A stretch of DNA of 62,130 nt from Patescibacteria group bacterium (GTDB taxonomy: Bacteria > Patescibacteriota > Patescibacteriia > PEXW01): positions 1 to 62,130 of the forward strand of contig JBAZBR010000006.1 in the NCBI GenBank assembly GCA_041671325.1. Direction: 5' to 3'. Below are positions 55,279-62,130 of this stretch, in pieces. Positions within the stretch are counted from its first letter, which is position 1. Each line of letters begins with the position of its first letter. The notes under the pieces are model-generated. The model saw only the letters and a program-made list of their open reading frames with translations, searched no databases and had not been told where the DNA came from. The position numbers and the translations under genes were made by a program.

Positions 55279-57132
55279 TTAAGGATAGACTTTAACCAAG
55301 CTAATGCCAGTATAGTAATGTTTCAAAATCCAGTCATAAGTCCGGCCCTGGTCCCGGGCAAGTTTGACTGCGCCATAAGCTGACATGCCTACCATGTGGT
55401 TTCCGCCGCCGCCTTTAATATAATTTGTAGGGTACGGAGGGGTGGTGCAAATACCCAAAGGATCAAATACGGAAACTAAATACGGAAAATAGCTTTGGTC
55501 CCCGCCCCAGACCTCGTGGTAGCTATGGCTCCGGCCATCATTGCATGAAGAGTAAGCGGCCACGATTGCGCCAACGACATTTTTTTCAGTCACGGCACTG
55601 GGATGCGTGGCAACAATGCCGCGGGTGGCATTGACGGCGGCGACCATGTTCGGGACTTTCACTTCATAAGCATAGCCTTTATAAATTTGGTCAGTGGTGG
55701 CATTAATATCATAAAATTCATCAGCGTGCTTGGTTTTTCTTAAGTTATGGAAGAGGGCATAAGATCGGGCCGCAGTCATTAAAGTCTTGATAAACTCCGG
55801 AGAGCCAGTGTTGCCGGTTTCTGCCATGCCAGCCAAATACTGCTCCATGGGTAATTCATTGATTACCCAAAGCAAACCCGTGGCGGGCGTATACCTGATT
55901 TCTAAAATCCCGCGGAAGAGATTGTAAGCCGTATCCCAGTTGGTGATGTCTAAAATCGTATCAGGTTCTTTGCTGACTAACCTAACTGGCAGGGTCGTGG
56001 TTAAGGTTTTGTCATCACTGGTTATGGAGTAAATCCCAGCGTCATATTGAATTTCCACTTGGCTTTGGCCAGCCAAGTCCATTAGGGTTGTGCCTTGGGT
56101 ATCTTGAACCAAAAAGGGTTTTTCAGAGGTAAAGCCGCCAATGTTATTATCTAAACTAAGTAAGCCAACGCGGATAGTTGGTTCGGCGGCTAAAGTCACG
56201 GTGCCATCCTGGATTACTACTGGTTCAGGGATTGAAACCGTTAAATTCAGCAAACCATTCACGGCTCGAGTCAGGCCAGGTACTAAGATTTGGACTTTTT
56301 CTGTAAATTCCCCATACTTGTCCGGCGCTTGCAAGGCAAAACGGAAAATGCCTTTTTTTCCAGGCTTGACTTCGGCAGTAGTCAAACGGCCAATGATTGT
56401 TTGGCCATACCAATTGTTGTGATAAAACAAGCTTTTGACAGTCGGGTCAGCTACGGCCAAAACCACCTCACCCGTGCCGCGGCGTTTCCAGGTTTGGGTG
56501 CCAGTGTTGGTAACCGTCAGTTCCAAGGTTTTAGCTTTGCCTTTTGGCATGATGTAAATTGCTGAAGTTGCCAAGCCCGTATCAACTTGGTACAAACTGG
56601 TTTTAGGCGAATCAACCCTGACTAAGATTTCAAAACTTCCACCGGGCATAAAATCAATGCCTTTGATTGCCAAGGAAAATTTTTCCCGGTATTCCCCGGC
56701 CTTTTTTGGCGCCGAGATTTTGAATTTTACTTTAACGGTTTCTCCAGGTTTAACATCTTTAGCCAAGCCAGTCGGCCGGACAATCGTACCCCAGGATTTG
56801 TCCTTTAAAACCGTACCTCGATTTACATCAAGTTCACCTTTAATAATTTTAACCGCGTTTAAGGCAACCAAATTATTGCCTTTGGCTTTCCAAGTCTTAG
56901 CCCCAGTATTGGTAAATTCAATTGTAAAATTCAAAGCGCCTTTGGGTGCCACTTGCAAATAATCAGAGCTTCGATTACCCACTGAAGCGCGATAAGCAGG
57001 TTTGATAACTTTTTTAGCCGGGGTTTTGGTTGCGGCCAAGGTTGGCAAGCAAAAAACAAAAATACCCACGAGGATTAGCAGATAGAGCGTGGGCTGTTGA
57101 AAAAATTTAAAAATTATTTTTAAATTCTTCAT
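55279..57132 (-). CDS. Secreted SpoIID/LytB-domain protein with two Ig-like (NBR1-type) domains
   Basis: Signal peptide; two FTNTG..TW...VKPGE modules; INELPMEQYLAGMAE, AARSYA, TTDQIYKG and GHMVGMS-like motifs. Confidence 0.85.
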   Translation of the reverse strand: MKNLKIIFKFFQQPTLYLLILVGIFVFCLPTLAATKTPAKKVIKPAYRASVGNRSSDYLQVAPKGALNFTIEFTNTGAKTWKAKGNNLVALNAVKIIKGELDVNRGTVLKDKSWGTIVRPTGLAKDVKPGETVKVKFKISAPKKAGEYREKFSLAIKGIDFMPGGSFEILVRVDSPKTSLYQVDTGLATSAIYIMPKGKAKTLELTVTNTGTQTWKRRGTGEVVLAVADPTVKSLFYHNNWYGQTIIGRLTTAEVKPGKKGIFRFALQAPDKYGEFTEKVQILVPGLTRAVNGLLNLTVSIPEPVVIQDGTVTLAAEPTIRVGLLSLDNNIGGFTSEKPFLVQDTQGTTLMDLAGQSQVEIQYDAGIYSITSDDKTLTTTLPVRLVSKEPDTILDITNWDTAYNLFRGILEIRYTPATGLLWVINELPMEQYLAGMAETGNTGSPEFIKTLMTAARSYALFHNLRKTKHADEFYDINATTDQIYKGYAYEVKVPNMVAAVNATRGIVATHPSAVTEKNVVGAIVAAYSSCNDGRSHSYHEVWGGDQSYFPYLVSVFDPLGICTTPPYPTNYIKGGGGNHMVGMSAYGAVKLARDQGRTYDWILKHYYTGISLVKVYP

Positions 57133-57233
57133 TGATTAATATCATTATAGCAAATTTTTTTGTTTGAGTCAACGATAAATCCGTTTGGTTAAATTGACAA
57201 AATGTATAGGAAGATTTAAGGTGAAAAAACTCT

Positions 57234-57794
57234 TTGAAAATCAAATTCAGCAAAGGAGAATATGTGGGAATAATCCTGCCAACAACCTGGGTCGATACTA
57301 GTGATCAGCCGGTGATATTTTTAGTTGGCCCAATTAAAGGCGCGGATAACTGGCGGAACCAGGCTATCGAATTTTTATTAACCGAAGATCCGGGGATTAT
57401 TATCATCTCACCAGACAAAAACATAAAGTCGGAGTTAAGGCAATATGTTTTGTCTGGCGTAGAGGGCCAGTTTCTTAGACGAAGAGCCTGGGAGTTGCGC
57501 TACTTTTTATTGGCTATTGCTAAAGGCGTAGTCATGGCTTGGTTGCCCGGCGAAACCCGGCATGACTGCAAAAAATCTTATGCGGCCATGACACGCATAG
57601 AACTCGGTGAATTGCTCGGTTTTTACCAACATGACAAGTCTATCCGTTTTTGCATTGGTAGCGATAGAAAGTTCTCGGAGTTGGATACGATCATGTGTGA
57701 TTTTTCGGTATTCGCTCCGGATATATGGTTCTTTTCAAACCTAGCCGGAACTTGCCAAGAGGCTTTGCGCCTTGCTCATTGCAGAAAAAAATGA
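57234..57794 (-). CDS. Nucleoside 2-deoxyribosyltransferase-like protein
   Basis: IFLVGPI.GA.NWR, IISP, WE and TRIELGE fit the NDT-like family; TTG start. Confidence 0.6.
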
Positions 57795-57797
57795 CGA

Positions 57798-58484
57798 TCA
57801 ATCGATCGTCATTTTTGATATTGTTTTTACCCGCTCGGGATAATCGGTTATAAGACAGTTAACGCCACTTTTAAGAACTTTTTTAATGTCCGAATCATTA
57901 TTGACTGTCCAAGGCGCGACAGTCCAATTCTTTTGTTGAGAAGTTTTAATTAGGTGGTTGCTTAAAAATTTGTAATACGGGGCAATGCCAGAGGCGCCAC
58001 AAAAACGCATTATTATTTTTGGTAAAAAAAAGAAAAATGCAATTAGCCAGCATTGGGAAATTTTGTTTTTTGGAACCTTTTTGATTACAGTAGGGTGAAA
58101 AGAAGAAAGAATAAGCCTGGGTTTAATTTGTTCAGGAATTTGGCTGAATAAGTTTTCCAGATTCAGTTTTGGCGACTTAATTTCTAAATTTATCAGCAGG
58201 TCAGTTTTTAATATTTCCCGTAATAGCGAATCAAGTCGGGCATTTTCCTCATTGGCCATTAAGGTTTTATTAATTTCTTGCCAAGCAAGTTTTTCAATAG
58301 GTTTGTTAAGGCCAAAAGGCTTTGCATCATGGGAAATAATAAAAATGCCGTCCAAGGTTTGCCTGACGTCGCATTCAATCCCATCAGCACCACGGCTGAT
58401 AGCTTCACTCAAGCGATTATCAATAGATACTTTCCAGGGAGCATCTATCCATCGGTGAGCAATAATTTTAGTCGAAATATTCAT
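57798..58484 (-). CDS. Glycerophosphodiester phosphodiesterase
   Basis: IIAHR, GIECDV, SHD, NLEIK, SSF, WTVN and LITDYP motifs. Confidence 0.9.
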   Translation of the reverse strand: MNISTKIIAHRWIDAPWKVSIDNRLSEAISRGADGIECDVRQTLDGIFIISHDAKPFGLNKPIEKLAWQEINKTLMANEENARLDSLLREILKTDLLINLEIKSPKLNLENLFSQIPEQIKPRLILSSFHPTVIKKVPKNKISQCWLIAFFFFLPKIIMRFCGASGIAPYYKFLSNHLIKTSQQKNWTVAPWTVNNDSDIKKVLKSGVNCLITDYPERVKTISKMTID

Positions 58485-58581
58485 AAGACTTTCATTATGT
58501 CCATTATGATTGATTTTGATAAATCAAGCTAATTCAGGAGAAACAATTAGAACATCCGCTTTTTTGTGTTAATGTAAGTAT

Positions 58582-60018
58582 ATGTCCTTAACCCGCAAAC
58601 TGGCTTTAAATTCCGCAGTCCAGATTATTGGTAAAGTTTTAAGCACTATTTTAGGCTTGATTGTCATCGGCCTAATCACGCGGGCCTTGGGTCCGGCAAA
58701 ATTTGGTCACTACACCACGGCCTTGGCCTTTTTGCAAATTTTTGGGGTCTTGGTGGACATGGGCTTGTATATTGTCTTGATCAAAAAAATTTCCGAAGAT
58801 GAAGCGCATGCTGACCAATGGGCGAGCACAGCTTTTACCTTGAGATTGTATACAGCCTTAATATTTTTAGCTTTAGCGCCCTTGATAGGTTTATTGACTG
58901 GTTATCCTGGGGACGTCAAAACTGCCATCGCCATCGCAACTCTGTCGACTTTTGCCGTGACTGTAAACCAAGTCTTGGTTGGGATTTTCCAAAAATCCAT
59001 GCGCATGGACAAAGTGGCAATTGCGGAATTAGCCGGCCGCTTAGTTTTATTAGTGGCAACCGTCTGGGTGGCGAAAATTCACCCAACTGTGCCTTGGGTC
59101 ATGTGGACAGTGGCGGCTGGCGCCTTGACTAACATGCTCTTAAGTTTTGTTTTCAGCCGGGCCTTTGTTAAAATCCGCTTGAAAATCGACGAGGAAAAAG
59201 CCAAAATTATTTTTAAGGAAGGCTGGCCAATTGCTTTGTCAATCGCTTTTAACCTGGTTTATTTTAAAGCCGATACGATTATCCTGTCAGTAGTCAGGCC
59301 GGCTAGTGAGGTTGGGCTTTATGGTTCGGCTTATAAAGTCTTGGAAGTCTTGACCACCTTCCCAGCCATGTTTGCAGGCTTAATCACTCCCATCCTGGCC
59401 GCGGCTTATGCGGCAAAAGACATGCTTAGGTTTCAAATGATAATCCAAAAGGTTTTTGACAACTTGTTGTTATTAGCCATGCCTTTGGCTTTAGGTACGG
59501 GCTTTGTGGCTTACCAAGTCATGCGTTTGGTCGGCGGGCCTGAGTATACTCCGGCCGCGCCAGCCTTGACCATTTTAATGGTTGCCACGGCCTGCATATT
59601 TTTCGGGAATTTATTTGCCAATGCCGTGGTCACGGTGAATGTCCAAAGAAAAATGCTGATTGGCTATGGGGCCGTGGCTATTGCTTCCTTAGTTGGCTAT
59701 CTTTTGACCATCCCCCGTTTTGGCATGATGGGCGCGGCTTATATGACCCTGGCCAGCGAATTGGCAATTACGGTCACGGCCGCTTATCTGGTTTTCCACA
59801 CTGCCAAAGCTAGGCTTAATTACGGCAGGCTACTAAAAAATATCTTTGCTTGCATACCCATGCTGGTCATTCTTGGCTTGACTCCAGATTTAAACCTGAT
59901 TTGGCGATTAATAATTGCCGTGATAGGCTATGCCATCGGGCTTAGCTTAATGCGGATTTTCCCCAAGCAAATAATGAAAGAAATTTTTTCAAGAACGCCT
60001 TATGCGAATCGTAATTGA
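58582..60018 (+). CDS. Wzx-type polysaccharide/oligosaccharide flippase
   Basis: About 14 TM segments; RALGPAKFG, DMGL, YFKADTIIL, VGLYGSAYK and PRFGMMGAA. Confidence 0.9.
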   Translation: MSLTRKLALNSAVQIIGKVLSTILGLIVIGLITRALGPAKFGHYTTALAFLQIFGVLVDMGLYIVLIKKISEDEAHADQWASTAFTLRLYTALIFLALAPLIGLLTGYPGDVKTAIAIATLSTFAVTVNQVLVGIFQKSMRMDKVAIAELAGRLVLLVATVWVAKIHPTVPWVMWTVAAGALTNMLLSFVFSRAFVKIRLKIDEEKAKIIFKEGWPIALSIAFNLVYFKADTIILSVVRPASEVGLYGSAYKVLEVLTTFPAMFAGLITPILAAAYAAKDMLRFQMIIQKVFDNLLLLAMPLALGTGFVAYQVMRLVGGPEYTPAAPALTILMVATACIFFGNLFANAVVTVNVQRKMLIGYGAVAIASLVGYLLTIPRFGMMGAAYMTLASELAITVTAAYLVFHTAKARLNYGRLLKNIFACIPMLVILGLTPDLNLIWRLIIAVIGYAIGLSLMRIFPKQIMKEIFSRTPYANRN

Positions 60019-61069
60019 TACCCAAGCGACGGCGGGCCAGGCCACGGGTTTTGGCCGCTACGTCGAACAAATATTAAAAGCTTTAAAGAAAATAGCACCG
60101 GCTGATGTAAAAATTTCGGAAATCAGGGTTATTAAAAATAATTTACGTACCCCTGCCAGGATTTTATGGGACCAGGTCGGCCTGCCAATAACCGCAACTT
60201 TCAAGCGGCCGGATATTTTATTCGTGCCGGCCTTTAGCGCGCCGGTCTTATGGCCGGGTAAAATGGTGGTGGCTTGCCATGACTTGATCGGCCGGCTTTT
60301 TCCGGAAAATTTTTCCAAAAGCGCAAAATTTTATTGGCATGACCTCTTGCCTAAGGCTTTGAAATACGCTGACCAGGTGATTACTATTTCTAATTCCAGC
60401 AAAAAAGACATTGTCAGGCTGCTGGGCATCCCTGAATCAAAAGTTTCCGTAACCCCACTGGCTGCTGACCCAAAATTCAAGCTTTGCAAAGATGAAAAGG
60501 AAAAAATCAGGGTAAAAAGGCAGTATAATTTGCCGCGGCCGTTTTTTTTGGCAGTCGGTACCATCGAGCCCAGGAAAAATTTACCATTTTTAGTCGAAGC
60601 TTTCGCCCGTTCAAAAAGGCAAGATCATGACTTGGTAATAGTCGGCAAAAAAGGCTGGGATACCCAAAGCTTAGAAAGAACCATTCAGCAACTGCATCTT
60701 ATTGATAGGGTTAAAATTTTGGAGTATGTGACTGAACCAGATTTGGTCGTCCTTTATTCTCTGGCTACCGCGCTTTTATTTCCCTCTTTATATGAAGGCT
60801 TTGGACTGCCAATTTTGGAAGCTATGGCTTGCGGTTTACCAGTTATTGCCAGTACCGCCTCTTCAATTCCAGAAGTAGCTGGCGAAGCGGCCTTGTATGC
60901 AGACCCAAAAGATATGGAAGCCTGGCAGTCGCAAATCTCCAGAATAATTATTGATGCGAGCTTACGCAATAATTTAAATACTAAAGGCCTGGCCAGGGCA
61001 AAAGAATTTACTTGGGAAAATACGGCCTTAAGAACTTTGGAAATATTTTATAAAGTTTCCAAGCAATGA
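60002..61069 (+). CDS. GT4 glycosyltransferase
   Basis: GTIEPRKN and FPSLYEGFGLPILEAMACG motifs. Confidence 0.92.
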   Translation: MRIVIDTQATAGQATGFGRYVEQILKALKKIAPADVKISEIRVIKNNLRTPARILWDQVGLPITATFKRPDILFVPAFSAPVLWPGKMVVACHDLIGRLFPENFSKSAKFYWHDLLPKALKYADQVITISNSSKKDIVRLLGIPESKVSVTPLAADPKFKLCKDEKEKIRVKRQYNLPRPFFLAVGTIEPRKNLPFLVEAFARSKRQDHDLVIVGKKGWDTQSLERTIQQLHLIDRVKILEYVTEPDLVVLYSLATALLFPSLYEGFGLPILEAMACGLPVIASTASSIPEVAGEAALYADPKDMEAWQSQISRIIIDASLRNNLNTKGLARAKEFTWENTALRTLEIFYKVSKQ

Positions 61070-62130
61070 CGCAAGCTTTAAAAATCAGCAACCAAGGTAA
61101 AATTTTCATACTTATTGCTTGCTTTTTAGCGGCTATCCCTTTGGCTTTTGCGGCGAGCCGCGCACCGCTTCTGGCTTTGGTTGCTGTTTTAGGAATCGCC
61201 GGCTACTTATTGTTTGCCCTTAAGCCTTTTTGGGGCATGGTAGCTATGGTTTCCCTTTTGCCTTTTGAAAGAATCGGAGCAGTTGATTATGCGGGCATCA
61301 CTATTCGGCCTAGCCAGGTTATTGCCGTCATATTGATTATTACTTGGTTGACCCAAAAAGCCTTTAAAGGCAAACTGGAATGGCAAAAGCAACCAATCTT
61401 GTGGCCGATATTGTTTTTTTTAGGGGTCAATGCCATTGGCCTAACTCATGCGGAAAATCTCCAAAGATCCGTAATGGTTTTTGCTTTTACTGCTTTTACT
61501 TTATTGATTGGCTTATTGATTCCGCAAATCATTAAAACCGAAGCCCAGGTAAAAATTGTTTATTTGACCCTGGCTATAACCACCTTGCTGGTTTCCTGTT
61601 TTGGCTTGTTTCAGTTTTTAGGGGATTTGGCTGGCCTGCCTACCTCGATTACGGGTTTAAGGGATTTATACACCAAGGATATTTTAGGTTTCCCCCGGGT
61701 TCAATCTACGGCGCTGGAACCTTTGTATTTTGCAAATTTCTTGATTCTGCCAATTTCCTTATTTGTCGCCGCCTTATTTGGGAAGATCAAAACTAGCGGG
61801 CTTTTAGGTTTACCTTTATTGATTATTTCTGGCATTGCTTTTATCTTAACCGTGGCTCGCGGCGGTTACTTTGGCTTAATTGCCAGCTTAGCTTTAATAT
61901 TCATTTTTTCCTGGCGCCAAATCTTAAAACCTGGGAAAATATTAGCCCTGCTGGCAACCGGTTTAGTTGTAGGTTTTTTTGCCGTGCAATTTTTAGGCGG
62001 TGGCACAGATGCCTTTAGCACCCAAAAATTCACCCAGCATTTACAAAACCTTTTTTCCGGCGCCTCCTATGAAGAACGGGTAGCCACCATTGATACGTCT
62101 AAGCAGGCTTTTCAAAAACAACCTTGGGTT
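61066..62130 (+). CDS. O-antigen ligase/polymerase-like membrane protein (partial, runs off window end)
   Basis: Not in ORF track; MTQALKISNQGKIF...; multi-TM with RVQSTALEPLYFANF, TVARGGYFG and ER motifs. Confidence 0.8.
   Translation, partial: MTQALKISNQGKIFILIACFLAAIPLAFAASRAPLLALVAVLGIAGYLLFALKPFWGMVAMVSLLPFERIGAVDYAGITIRPSQVIAVILIITWLTQKAFKGKLEWQKQPILWPILFFLGVNAIGLTHAENLQRSVMVFAFTAFTLLIGLLIPQIIKTEAQVKIVYLTLAITTLLVSCFGLFQFLGDLAGLPTSITGLRDLYTKDILGFPRVQSTALEPLYFANFLILPISLFVAALFGKIKTSGLLGLPLLIISGIAFILTVARGGYFGLIASLALIFIFSWRQILKPGKILALLATGLVVGFFAVQFLGGGTDAFSTQKFTQHLQNLFSGASYEERVATIDTSKQAFQKQPWV

Noticed and set aside
1-62130. CRISPR array, rRNA, prophage, transposase or integrase genes
   Set aside because: No regularly spaced repeats, rRNA motifs, phage structural genes or DDE/tyrosine/serine recombinase motifs were seen.

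Overview
Chromosomal window from a bacterium that looks like Patescibacteria/CPR (inferred from gene repertoire and style; code 11). It spans the replication origin: dnaN-dnaA on the minus strand, rpmH-rnpA-yidD-yidC on the plus strand, with DnaA boxes on both sides of dnaA and a DnaA-trio-like tract. Other core genes are yebC, ruvC, ruvB, valS, tsaD, tsaE, pepA, a class A PBP, a PilB/GspE ATPase, Hsp20, VanW, SpoIID, Wzx and an O-antigen-ligase-like gene. The left third holds a large sugar cluster: PGI/PMI, four GT4 glycosyltransferases, an SPP-like HAD phosphatase, two (alpha/alpha)6 glycosidases, a GalT-like transferase, an APH-fold kinase and TrmB. The most unusual observations are: (1) a GIY-YIG gene between a decayed tRNA-Glu 5' half and an intact tRNA-Glu, with its stop codon inside the tRNA; (2) two ~105-bp MITE-like elements with 17-bp terminal inverted repeats, both flanked by TTGA at promoter -35 boxes; (3) orphan gene cassettes with strong Shine-Dalgarno sites while core genes lack them, three sharing a boxA-like leader motif; (4) GC-rich palindromic elements, one read in frame inside ValRS; (5) a convergent pair of unknown paralogs, a 5x44-aa Trp repeat protein, several unannotated microproteins and a candidate sRNA. 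No CRISPR array, rRNA, transposase, integrase or prophage was seen. All calls come from reading motifs by eye; no database search was run.
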